Assembly: GCA_030264375.1 (NCBI GenBank)
Contig: JASCQW010000119.1
Location: 31,586,991-31,650,990 of the forward strand
Reading direction: 5' to 3'
Origin: Carcharhinus longimanus
Lineage: Eukaryota
DNA: 64,000 bases
Positions 1 through 12,310 of the stretch are shown in pieces (positions within the stretch are counted from its first letter, which is position 1; each line of letters opens with the position of its first letter). Made by a program: the position numbers and the translations under genes. The notes under the pieces were generated by a model. The model did not search any database. It was not told the DNA's origin and was given only the letters and a program-made list of their open reading frames with translations.

Positions 1-76
1 TTTCCTCCTTAATGACGGATTCTAACATTTTACCTACCACAGACGTTAAACTAACCGGCCTATAATTCCCCGCCTT
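1..76 (-). mobile_element. CR1 LINE reverse transcriptase fragment (runs off the window edge)
   Basis: Minus-strand translation KAGNYRPVSLTSVVGKMLESVIKEE is the CR1 RT domain-1 motif, with CpGs retained. Confidence 0.85.
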
Positions 77-79
77 ACG

Positions 80-570
80 TCACTAACTTTCAGAGCGCTG
101 CCCCTTCATCAGGTGAGAGAGGGTTCTGTTCACAAACAGGGCATATAAAGACAAAATCAATTTACAAAATAATGGCTGGAATGCAAATCTTTACATGTAA
201 TCAAGTCTTAAAAAGGTACAGACAATGAGTGGAGAGAGCATTAAGCAAGGTTAAAGAGATGTGTATTGTTTCCAGACAGGACAGTTAATGAGATTCTGAA
301 AGCCCAGGCAAGTTGTGGGAGTTACAGATACTGTGACATGAACTCTAGATCCTGGTCCAGGATCTTTAACCTGTGCTTAACCTTCTCTCCACTCACATTA
401 TCTGTACCTTTAAGACTTGATTACCTGTAAAGACTTGCATTCTTTTGTAAATTGACTGTGTCTTTATATGCCCTGTTTGTGAACTGAAATCCCACTCACC
501 TGATGAAGGAGCAACGCTCCAAAAGCTAGTAAACTTGTTGGACTTCAACCTGGTGTTGAGACTTCTTACT
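80..570. mobile_element. Penelope-like element 3' region as an inverted pair (family B)
   Basis: About 81-260 is the reverse complement of about 365-530. Both arms match the 3' part of the GIY-YIG-bearing copy at 44150-44470. Confidence 0.8.
81..115 (-). ncRNA. Minimal hammerhead ribozyme motif (family B), core intact
   Basis: Minus strand reads CAC-CTGATGA-A-GGGGC-AGC-GCTCT-GAA-AGTT-A-GTG. Stem I is CAC/GTG and stem II has 5 pairs including G-U. The stem III palindrome is mutated (AGCT>AGTT). Confidence 0.6.
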
Positions 571-646
571 CTATTCTCTCTCCACCGATAGTTAAACTTG
601 CTGAGATTTTCCAGCATGTTGTATCAGGTTCCAGCATCCGCAGTAC
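571..646. mobile_element. Single arm of the short hammerhead-type element (family A)
   Basis: ctctctccac..tgctgagattttccagcat..ttccagcatccgcagta matches the arms at 30590-30645 and 52985-53026. Confidence 0.65.
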
Positions 647-2674
647 AGAAATGTACTTAGACTATAACTAAACTAAAAGCAGCTTATTGTTACCGTGATG
701 CTCTGATGACCAATCTTTTGATTTCAATTTATCTGGGATAAGTCTATTCTCACCCTACCGAATATAGCCTTGGCTATTGTCCCTGATTAACCAAACTATA
801 ATCACTGATAGCTAGATATTCCCTGACTGACATTTGAACCACCTCATTCCCCAGAACTGCATCCAGAAATGTCTCCTCCCTCACTGGGCCAGCAACCAGT
901 CAAGAAAATTCTCCTAAATACACTTGTCCCTTGCGTTATTTCCTATTCTATGTTAGAGTAATAGAGGTCTTTCTTATATTGACACCTTCAATATTTTAGC
1001 TAGCAGACAAAAAAACTTTGGCGATATATATATATACACACCATCACGCTATTTTATTCTACAGTAGCCAGTGAGTTACTGCTACCTACTTCAGAACTCC
1101 ATAGGAGTAAGCCCATTATGAATATAGATTAAAGTTAAATGGACAAGTTTTCCTCTCTAGTCCATGATATCTTCTCAGATGGAATTGGCTGAGTTTGACA
1201 CTAGCCTCCTCCCTCCAGAGAAAATCTGAGGCCTGCTCATTCAGGAATGTGTCAACCAACTAAACTTACTACCATATTCCCCAAGTGCATACTCAGACTC
1301 ATGAATAGAATTAGCCCACTTATACTTACTAACATGTTTGTATGGCCGCCCAGACCAGATAAGGATTTGTTTAATATTGCTGTTCATTGTGTTAGCCTCT
1401 ACAATGCTTGGTTCATTAACATATTAAAACCTTCAATCAGTAGTTATTTTAAAATCTATGGAAATTCAGTGTTTTAATGAAACCTAGCACTGAAGCTTCC
1501 CAGGCCCTAGTGGAAACAGAAAATGAAAGATTTCAAAATGTGATGCTAGGGGCAATGCTGTAACTCACTAATTAAAGACTGGTTATCCAATAATCATGGT
1601 GGGGGAAAGAAACAAGTAGATGGGGGAATAAGTGGAGGAGAAGAAAAAAAAAATCAGGTTACGAGTAGAATGGGCAGTCTATGATCAAAAATTAATGAGT
1701 CTTTTGATTATTTTCAGAAAGATTTAAGTAGATAGGCTGATGGATTTTCATCTGGATAATAGTAATGAATTACGAGATCAAACAGTAAGTGCACACAAAG
1801 ATGGAGGGATTTGATTTTGCCATTCTACTGGTAGAGGCCAAACAAAGGATTTGGTAGTAATATATAACACACTAGTCAGCGGAAAACAAACTGGGCATTG
1901 GATGAAGGGTATTGAAATGGCATAATCATGGAATATGCCATGTAGTTCTGGTCACCACAGTTAAAAGAAAACATATGTCAAGAACTCAAAACAGCTCAGC
2001 ATTATTCAGGCCTTAGGGACTGAAGTCAGCAGAAAAAGCTTATATACACAGCAAAATAAAAGACATGCAAATGACTTTAAAATACAGAACTGAGGGGAAA
2101 CTGAGAAAAAAAGACAGGAGTACAAGATTCACAAAGTTTTGAACAAGGTCAAGTAAGTTTCCTTCGATAGGACAGCACGTGCGAGGCAGAGTTCCAGAAA
2201 AGTAGGATCAACCGATATTTAGATAGTTATTTGTCTCCCTTTATTGAGAAGATATATTAAAGCATTTTAGCACAGCCACAGGCAAACTGTAAATGAAAAA
2301 TAGGATTAGAATTGCAAAATAATCAAAATCAGAATTTATTAATTAGACCCCAAGCAATTGCTGAGCACGGCAGTAAACTAATTTCATAGGTCAACCCATT
2401 AGCATCCAGCATTTTTCAGAACTTCCCTTCTATGAAAGGTAGAATAAGGCTGGGAAAGAACGCTCTTCCTTAAATTAGGGCACGTTCTTACCAGCGAGGG
2501 GAGATAAACATGATAGAATAAATGGACTCTGGGTCATGAAGCAAAATCCATCCAAAGGCCCATTTCCACTCAAAATAACATACTGATGTTCTTTGTGGTC
2601 CCAATCCACAAAGTTCAACCTGTTTTTAATCTATGCCTTTGTAATAAGTGGCAATGAAGTCTGCAGCAACATTA

Positions 2675-2887
<213 letters not shown>

Positions 2888-5800
2888 TTAAACTATTTTC
2901 GTCTGACAATTTTCTTTCTGAAAATGTTGCACTAATCCAAAAGGGCGAACTTTTACTAATTATATGCAATGAAAACACTTCAAAATTACACATTTATTAA
3001 CAACAGGGTGGCAGAAATCTTTTGAAAATGGGTTGCACGAAAATTTGCATTTATATCCTTAATATTAGTAAGTATAATAATGCAAAAGTTTGCAAAGTAT
3101 GAATACAGAGTATAAAAGCAATAGGTAACAACCAAATTCAGAGGCAAGCTGTCAATTTAACTGCTGACTACAAAGCCAGTTAACTATTCAATAGATTTTT
3201 TTTGTTACCTTTCCTTCCTCCACACCAAAGAAGTGGAATGCGCCCATTGACATGGATGTATTTGGAAATTTGAATGTTAACTTTAGGAATACAGCATTGC
3301 CTCCACAAGATTATCAGTTACTTATCAACTATAATCAATACTTGGATTACCAACTCTAATGTTCAAATACAGTTTGCCTGCCCATCAGACTAGTTGCATT
3401 CACCATGCTCATAATTTGCTTTGCATTAAACTGGCAAGTGAATGCAAAAATGCTCAAATGGAAATTTCAATGTAGGCACTGCCTAGGTCTAAGGCAGCAT
3501 TGGGAAATCTCAAAGTGATAAAAGCAAAGCTCCCCTTCTATATACCACTCAGGGAATCTGACGTAATGAACTTCAATAAAACAGTAGGAAAGAGACATGT
3601 TGCAGAGATGCACAGGGTGAACCCAGATTTAATCCTATGTAGATGTGCCAAGATAGCCAATACAAGGCAGATGTAGTTTTTTTTAATCTTGATACTTGGA
3701 GAGCCAGAAGTGTTGCTGAAGAATGCTATCCAATGTTCATTAATGGAAAAAATGTGAAACATGCATACACACATCAGCAAATACAGCAATATAGGAGTCG
3801 AACCCTAGAACTGACATTTACCATTGTAAATTTCTGGGGCTCAAGGTTATCCATTGTCACATTGGCAACTAGAGGGTGGGTAAACACCCATCTTTCAAAA
3901 ATGAAAACAAACCCATTCAAAAATTTTCCATGTTAATTCCCATGATGCAGTTGCAGGCTGTGGCCACTGGATGGCCATGTGGTTAATTTAGAAGCAGCTT
4001 CCTCAACTTACGTCGTCGTCATCATCAGGTATATTAACTGATCTTAAACACCATTGTATGCTATTTACCAACATGTTAAAATATAGAGAATGATTACTCA
4101 AAGCCTTAATCTTCAATAAAAGCCATACTAAAAGGGCATTTTGTCAGTAAATTGAACAAATATTAAACTTTCAAAAATAAAGTTATTGAAAGTTCAGATA
4201 AAGGAACAAAGTAATGGAATATGATATGGACACCATCTTGGACCAATTCCAAACGTGCACACAATATATATAATATTGCACATGCACATAACTTCTCAGC
4301 TATTTGTAAGGTGAAAGCAAAAATTATATATAGTTACATACTATATACTTAGTATAGTATATAACAATTCTAAGGTTAGTACACAAATGACAAGAACCCA
4401 ATGAGGGTGAAGATTGATCTGGATACTTAAAATCGATTTTTTTTTCAAATTAGTGGGGAGCACCTGGATGTGGAGGGCATAAAAGTTTGCATAAGTGAGG
4501 CATGGGGAAGGTGAGTGGTGGAGGGACTAAGATGAAGTTTCAAAGAACCAAGGAGGGCCTTAAAATAACAAAGTTCAATTTTAATTTTACAGAGGATAAC
4601 GTGATAAAAAGGAAGATGGAATAGTGCAATTTGTGTTAAATATGGTCATTTTCCTCCAATTTCCACCCCCCCACTGTATATGTAATTCTTCACAACCCTA
4701 CATATGCTAATGTGAACTTCAGATTAGCCTATTCACAATAGTACACAGTGATTAGTCATAACCAGACTTTTATTCAGTTGAAGGTCATTTTATCAAACTG
4801 CAATGTCACTTGCATTTCTAAGGCATCAGTAATTTAGTAAAATGGAGAATGTTTTTACTGTAATAAAATAGCAGAGCACTAGATGGTGCAATCCTACTGT
4901 AATATCTGAACTGATATGTAATAATAACTAGCTTGTTGTCCAAGTTAAAAAGAATGAGTCAAAGATCCTTCTGGCCGAATCCTGAAAATCTATTTGATCG
5001 AATGCCTTGTAGCATCAATGGTCTGCAAGTTAAGGAAAACGTTGCTGCCTTCGAAGAGACAGGAGTACATACACCAATACATTTTAAAAATCCCAGGGTG
5101 CGCATCTTTAAATTGTCATTCCTGAGGAGAACGATGGTTTATACTCTTCCACCTTCAGAACATTCAAAAGATATTAAAACAGAGCATCATTCTCAGTAGT
5201 AAACTGAACCCAAAAAATATTGCTTTTGGAGTCAAGGATTTGATGTGACTGTTTGCACATGTACTGGCCATTTCAATTTGTCATTGCAAAAAAAGTCAGT
5301 TGCAAACTCAAAACCACTGATCAAAAATTAATTTCAACCCTTTCACTGCCCCACTAGAGCAAGACATTTCTAGCCCTTGTACATTAAATGCAGAACCATC
5401 TGATCTATATCCACATGAAACAAGAGGGTCCTTGTCCAGCTTGAAAGTCGTTGTACTGTTCATCATTGTCAAGCAGGATTTTTTTAAAAAAGGAGGTACC
5501 GCACAGCGCATGGGGAGGCGATCACATTTCATCCAACTGATTGCTGCCACGTGACCATAATGAGCTTCCAACTTCAAAACTATTTTCATGTTAAGCACAG
5601 CAGTTTGTACAGTAGCCCTTCAACCAGAAGTATCTCAATTACACCACAACTTCCATTGTGAAGTGAGATTATTCTCTCACGGCAAGAGATGAAAACAACC
5701 AGTTATAAAAGACTTCTCGCACTACTGAAATCAGATATTCAAAAGTGTTTTTCCATATGTGCCACATAGCAAACCTATCAGACATTCTACCAATTTAATG

Positions 5801-7511
5801 AGATAACAAACAAAATAATCAATGCACCATACCAACAACTGCAGACCAGTGGTGGTGGCAGCGGCAGCATCATCTATAGCACGAATGGCTAAAACCGTTC
5901 AAAATACAAGTTGCATTGTGGCTGGATATGAATCTCACCAGAGAAACATTAAATAGTTTGAGAGATATAGGGCACAGTGGCCTCAAGGTTTTGACACAGA
6001 GGATTTGGTCAAGATAGCAAAAAGCAGGAGGGACCACTTTGCTGAAATGTCTTGTTTAGCATCACTAGTGGGGCAGTGAAGCCATTGTTAAATGCCATAC
6101 CCTACCAACTAGACCACTAGCTTCAGATTTTGGTGAAATCACCACCATCACACTTTCACTCACCCACTAACAATCCCTATCAATTACAACCTATATTTTA
6201 AATTCACGTGCTTCACCACACAATGCCACAATAAGTACTACTACTACTGCAAGCTTTGTAGCCAAAATGTCACAGCTTGTAGACTACACCAGCTACTCAA
6301 ACATGTCAGCATGGACTGCACACCTCCCCTTATGAGAAGATGGTGTATAACCAAAGTAACCCAAAGTATATATCCTTATACCCATGGAGACAGCTATTGG
6401 GCAATGAGCAGATTTCCACCAAAAAAATCAGCAACCTCCTATCAGCCATGCAACCACCAGCAGGCCCATTATGCATAGTAACATAAAAGATTTTAAAAAG
6501 TACAAACGAGGTTGATTATCAATTTTTGTATGGCATAGTTTTAATTCATAAATTTGCTTTGGAATGTTTATTTTGTGCTCGCTTTTATTTTTGCACTGTG
6601 GCCAAGCCAATATTGTGATGGTCAGTGGCAAAGACAAGTTGAGATGTGAATTAAAAAAACTGGGAATGCTGGTTCTGCTATTTAAGAAACATTGTAGAGA
6701 TAAACCATGGAACTATAGACAAGTGAGTCTCACGTCAGTGGCAGGGAAACTATTGGAGAACATTCAGGAGGAGAGCATCTATCGCCACTGGGAGGCAAAG
6801 CTTGTTCAGTGATAGACAGCATGGCTTCAGAGGGAAGTCATGCCTAATAAATTTGATTGAAATTTTTAAAGAGGTGACCAGATGTGTAATTGAGGGTAGT
6901 GCAGTCAATGTAGCTGATATGGATTTCAGCAAAGCCTTTGAAAAGTTCCCAAAGAGCAGACTTGTAAAGAAGGTAAATGCACATGGGATTCAGGGTAGTT
7001 TGATAAAGTGGATTCAAAATTGACTCAGTTGTAAGAGACAGAGGGTGATGACAGAGGCTGCTTTAGTGACTGGGAAGCCAGAGTCCAGTGATGTTCTGGG
7101 CCCCTATTATTTGTCTTTATATAGATGACATATGAGTACGTGGGTGTAGAATTAGCAAATTTGGGGATGACAGATTGACTGGGTGGTTAACAATGAGGCA
7201 GAGGGTCTTGGGCTACAAGATATAGACCAAATGGTCAAAACTTAACCCTAAGTAGTGTGAGGAGACACACTTTGGAAGGATTAATTTGACATTCAGTGAA
7301 TGGTACTACACTAGAGTAAATACATAAGGTTACAGGGATAGGGCCTAGGTGAGATTGTGGTCAGTGCAGGTGCCAACAGGCCAAATAGCTTCCTTCTGCA
7401 CTGTAGGGATTCTATGATTCTTAGTGTGTTTGTCCACAGATCCCCAAAGGGGGAAGGATAAATTAGTAGATGTTTAAAAAGACCAATGGGACACTTGCCT
7501 TTATCAGTTGA

Positions 7512-7895
7512 CATGATGTGGGTATGCCGGCGTTGGACTGGCGTAAACACAGTAAAAAGTCTGACAACACCAGGTTTTAGTCNNNNNNNNNNNNNNNNNN
7601 NNNNNNNNNNNNNNNNNNNNNNNNNNNNNNNNNNNNNNNNNNNNNNNNNNNNNNNNNNNNNNNNNNNNNNNNNNNNNNNNNNNNNNNNNNNNNNNNTCCA
7701 ACAGTTTATTTGGTAGCAAACACCATTAGCTTTCAGGGCTCTGCCCCTTCATCAGGTGAGCTCGCCAGACAAAAGGGGCAGAGCCCTGAAAGCTAGTGGT
7801 GTTTGCTACCAAATAAAATGTTGGACTTTAACCTGGTGTTGAGAGACTTCTTACTGTGTTTACCCCAGTCCAACACCAGCATCTGCACATCATGA
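7512..7895. mobile_element. Palindromic Penelope-end element (family B) nested in CR1
   Basis: The left arm atgatgtg..caacaccagg..(gap)..ttcatcaggtga is the reverse complement of the right arm ending cacatcat. The axis is GAGCTC at 7758-7763. An N gap lies in the left arm. Confidence 0.8.
7724..7758 (-). ncRNA. Minimal hammerhead ribozyme motif (family B)
   Basis: Minus strand reads CAC-CTGATGA-A-GGGGC-AGA-GCCCT-GAA-AGCT-A-ATG. The core and the AGCT palindrome are intact, with one stem I mismatch. Confidence 0.6.
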
Positions 7896-10545
7896 CTTGG
7901 TTTTGTTGGAGCAGAAAAGACTGAGGGGCAACCTGATCAAGGCATACAAGATTATGAGGGACATAGGAGCAGTTGTTCCCCTTAGTTTAGGGCAGTCACG
8001 AGGGGGAATAGGTTCAAGGTAAGAGGCAGGAGGGAGCCAGCATGGATGTGAGGGAAAACATTTTTATCCAGAGGGTGATGATGGTCTGGAAAGCACTGCC
8101 TCGGGCAGTGGTAGATGTGGGTTGCCTCATCCTTTAAAAGGAAGTGGATGAGCACTTGGCACATCATAACATTCAGATCTATGGACCAAGTTAGGATTAG
8201 GTGGAAGTTCAAGTGTTTCTAAGTATTGGTAAGGACTCAATGGGCTGAAGGTCCTCTACTGTGCTGTATGATTCTATGATTATGGTTATTGATATCACTT
8301 GAGTAAGCTTTTCGTGAACAGCTTGGCCAAAGTCGATGATCAAGTTGCCTCCTCTCCCTCATGCTCAATTGCTCACCATATAGCTGTTGATCAGGGCTCT
8401 CACATCAATGGGGATTTTGGGCAACGTAACAGTAGACGGCCATAATTCTTCAGTTACACTGCAAAGTATCATAGACTTTTCAGAGCAGCCTAGGCAGTAG
8501 AAGCATTTTTGCACACTAATGGTCTACTTTATTGCACGCTACACATTGAACCTGGCCTATAGCTGGCAGGGTGGCAACTGAGCAATGAGTTGTGATTGCT
8601 CAAATGCAGCTAAGTAGACTGCCAGAGAGAAGACAACAGGATACTATTGGATACTGACCTATGTGTGCTACATATGGGATCAAATAGCTGGACATTCAGG
8701 AAGGAGAATCCCCCTCAGCTCCTAGAAGAGCAAAACAGTTGACATACATGCCAATGACAACCTGCATCATGGTGAATCCTGCAATCCTAGAAAGTCATGT
8801 GTGCTCCACCTGCTGAGTGCTGGCAAGAGACTGAAACATAGTTTGTATTCTTTGAAGAGAGTAGCAGTGACCTTTTGGAAAATTACAGATATTGGAAATA
8901 GAGCTGGGAGGAGCCAGATGTATTAAAGCTCATTGCCAGGAGACACCTTGACAGCCACTGGCAATGCCACCTTTGACCTGCCCTGCTTCAAGGTTGCATG
9001 TGTGGTTGCAGCAAGTGATACATTTCAGGGCAGACCTCTTCACTCAAGTGTGACATTTTAGATTAGAAATTGGCATCCTGAACTCTGGGAAGAGAAATGA
9101 TCCTGTTGAGAGCCGCCCTCCTCCTGCTTTGAGTGACATGGCTTGCTCTGCACAGCCACTAGTCAATTGGTGCCTCCAAGTATGGGAACAACTGATTCGT
9201 GCAGAAGTCCGTTAAAATCTCCTTCAGCACCTGCCTCACCACTTCCTGGAGATGTATGTAACTTGAAACAGCAATAGAAAGCAGCAAACACTTGAGGCAT
9301 CAAAGCAGCAGCCAGAAGAAATCAAGTGAGCAAACAGCCTAATCTCTAAATAGCACTTGTGGGGAGAAGGGATTCCTTCCTCCTGTTGTGTAGGGTTTGG
9401 GGAATTTGCCCTAGAAGAAAAGATGCTTCTATTACTTAAAAGCAATAGATGCAAGCTACTCCAATTACATGCCCGTAAACTTTTTGGAAGTTAATTTAAT
9501 CTTCACATTTGGTATTGTTGAGTTTTAAATCTATAAAATCAAGTCTGTGCAGTGGAGGAGTTTCACTTGCTCATCTCTAGATGTATCTGTAGCATGCTTA
9601 CAGCAGGAAGAGGCAACACCATTTCAAGCACTTTTACATTACAAGGCATCAGAAGAACATTACACTTTAATTCAAGTTTTGAATTGAAATGCATTAAAAA
9701 TGGCATTAAACATTAGCAGCAGGAATCCATTCTTTAATAAAAAGTGTTGTTGCATTGAACTATTTCCTAGTATAGCTCAAAAACAGTTGGCAACTGCTGT
9801 GAATATTAAGTGTTTTTTGCCTTTCCTCGTCACCTATGGAAGCAATTTTCGCAGGACCAAACATATTTAGATAGTTTCAGATTCATTACACGTTTGATCA
9901 AATCCCGCAATGGATTTGACTTGAATGGCTTGGACTCTTCCGCAGACGTGGAAAAGAATTAAAATGTGTAATGGGATACAGGATGAGATTCTTAAAACAC
10001 AAAGCTGGTTTTAATTATTTACAGATATTAGAATACTTTATCAGTAAGTCAATAATGTGTTTCATTTGAACACTATTGTAACAATTTTATGACAATATGT
10101 TCTACTGCAATTCCCTGTGTAAACTTGGAATGAAGAGCAATAAATAACCAAAAAGGAGTCTCAAGTATTTTAGCTCAATAAGCTCACTTGATTCAATTAC
10201 AACTTAAAATGTCACAACATAGTTTCTTATTAAAACGTGAATTTGGATTCTCCCCAATTAATGTTTTGAGATGATGGGTAGTAATTAAAACTAATTCTTC
10301 AGTTTTTTTTTTAAGAAAAATCTTAGAATTTGGCAAGACTACTCCATTTTTGAAACGTTACGGCATTGGACTACAGGATCACCTAAAATTTTGGCTTTAT
10401 CTAACAGATTCAGTGGCAGAGTTTTTCCACACAGATTCTTATTCAAGACCAAAAAAGGGGGGACTTTACAATTTTGAAAAATGAGAATCAACAAGCACTT
10501 AAGAGCATTAAACCCAAGCATCCAAATAGTTTCATATTTTCCTAC

Positions 10546-12310
10546 CTGATGAAAGTCCTTCTCCTAGTACTCCATCTTCTGAGCCCTCTTCAGAACCCTC
10601 CTCAGGTTTGTCAGTTCCTGGGCTGTGGTCTTCAATTGCCGTAACAGAATCTATAGATTGAGTGCCAGCTTCCCCATCTGCTGAAACTGGAGGATTCTCC
10701 ACACTTTTCCTGCCTTTCCGGTGTACTCTGGAGTGGAGTACTAACTGATGGTAGGTTCTAAAAATCTTACCACACATCGTGCAGTCAGTCGGTTTAAGTT
10801 TTGTTGTGCAGTCGGTGGGTTTAAGTTTATTCTGGGTTAACTTGGGGTCAATTTCCACATCGCCCAGAGCAGGTGGTCCATTCTGGCCTATATTGCTGTT
10901 CTTGATTTTAGGTTTTTCAAGGTTCTCCAAGGTAGGACCATTACTGCCTTTATCGGTGGTCCAATGTTCACTGGAATCCTCTTTGTCAGAGGGCTCCTCT
11001 TCATTCTCAGAGTTTGCTATTTGCCCTGGATCTTTCACATTCTCTCGGCCAACTGCCACCTTCCCCTTAGTGGCCAGCTGCCAAGCTTGGTACGTATTGA
11101 AAGGATCAAGTTCGGGTATCCATTTGCCCAACTTCACAGATTTACAATTTGGTGACAAGAGGGGGCTTAAATTTAGCATTTGCAGGAATGTTTCCTGTGA
11201 TGTTGCAACTTCCGGATTTAAATAATCATCCATTCTATCATCATCAGGCAGATCCTTACTGTGAACTTTATTATGTTCCTTCAAGCTGTCTTTATTTGGG
11301 AAAAGAAATCCACAGATCATGCACATTTTATAAGGAGACACAACATTTCCTGAAAGCGATTCCTGCGTCGCAACGTTGTTGATGGTTGCAGGACCTTCCA
11401 AATCCTGCTGAGATTTTCCCCTAGCTTTACTCAAATGTGTTCGCATGTGGTTTTTCAGAAACCAGGGTTCCTTAAACCGTCGTCCACATACATTACAACC
11501 ATAGGTAAACGAATCCTTGTGCTTCCTCATGTGCGTCTCCAAACTCAAAGCACTCTCACAGGTCAGTCCACACACTTTGCAGCTGAGTTCACCGTCATCT
11601 TCATCATTTGCCTCCTGTTCTGGAGAGCTTACTGTAACGTGGGCCTCAACAATAGGACTCAACCCCTCCTCCACACGGAGAACGGCAGGCTCGCATAATG
11701 TGGGCCGGTGCTGTATCACTACATGGTGACGGAGTTCTTCAGAGTGTCGAAAAACCTTATTACAAAACATGCAAGGGAGAGGTGGACATTCTTCAGCTTG
11801 GGCTGCAATACTTCCTTCCAAATCATCCAGGAACAATGCAACACCATTTATTGAATCAGTCTCATTCATTTCAGTGTCATTTGAACAGATACTATTCGGC
11901 AAAGTTTTTGGGATTTCAAAGCTCGCAGATGACAGATTAGCCTTATTTCTTCCGGTTTTTCTACCTTGCTGCAAATGGTCTACCTTGTGCTTTTGAAGAT
12001 GAACTTTCAAATTTGCTTTCTGGGAAGTTCTATGGTCACAAAATGGACGCTTTTCATTGGCGTGCATGTGCATGTGTTGTGTTAAAAGACTATCAAAAGA
12101 AAAGCATTGATCACAAATTGGACAATGATGTTCAATAGAATTTCTTGCATCACCAAGTGTCAAATTCACATCATCTTGGACATCCTCAGTTGTTTGCATT
12201 ACGGTGCTCTCAGTAGATTTCATCATAAATTCATGAGGAGGCTGATCAGAAAACCAAGGCATAAGCTCTTCAGATGTTCTTTCTTGGTTGTCTTGATATT
12301 GAATTCTCAT
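10546..12310 (-). CDS. ZNF217: Zinc finger protein 217, first (large) coding exon, 588 codons + 1 nt
   Basis: The 593-aa ORF contains segments diagnostic of ZNF217: CMFC..HVVIQHRPTLCEPAVLRVE, HKDSFTYGCNVCGRRFKEPWFLKNHMRTH, SPYKMCMICGFLFPNK, LDPFNTYQAWQLATKGKVA, CGKIFRTYHQLVLHSRVH and GSEDG. First ATG is at 12310 (the track starts at GTG 12313). A phase-1 donor TCAG|GTAGGA at 10546/10545 means the ORF's terminal RKI* is intronic read-through. Candidate acceptor tattctactttcag| gives an exon start near 12413. Confidence 0.95.

Larger units (their letters stand above)
6650..8283 (+). mobile_element. Degenerate CR1 LINE (RT to 3' end) interrupted by a SINE tail and a Penelope palindrome
   Basis: Frameshifted RT motifs NYRQVSLTSVAGKLLE, QHGFRGKSCLINL and MDFSKAFEK..HGIQGSLIKWIQN. 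3' end gggctgaaggtcctctactgtgctgtatgattctatgatt. Inserts at ~7310-7420 and ~7512-7895. Confidence 0.88.

Noticed and set aside
1480-2260. Possible very old CR1 relic, and a similar decayed stretch at ~8400-9400
   Set aside because: Only short motif hints are visible, so boundaries and family cannot be supported by eye.
4325-4365. AT-rich imperfect hairpin
   Set aside because: Low complexity and expected by chance.
10532-10545. Stop codon and C-terminal RKI of the 593-aa ORF
   Set aside because: It lies past a canonical phase-1 donor, and the protein continues in the exon at 2859-2734.
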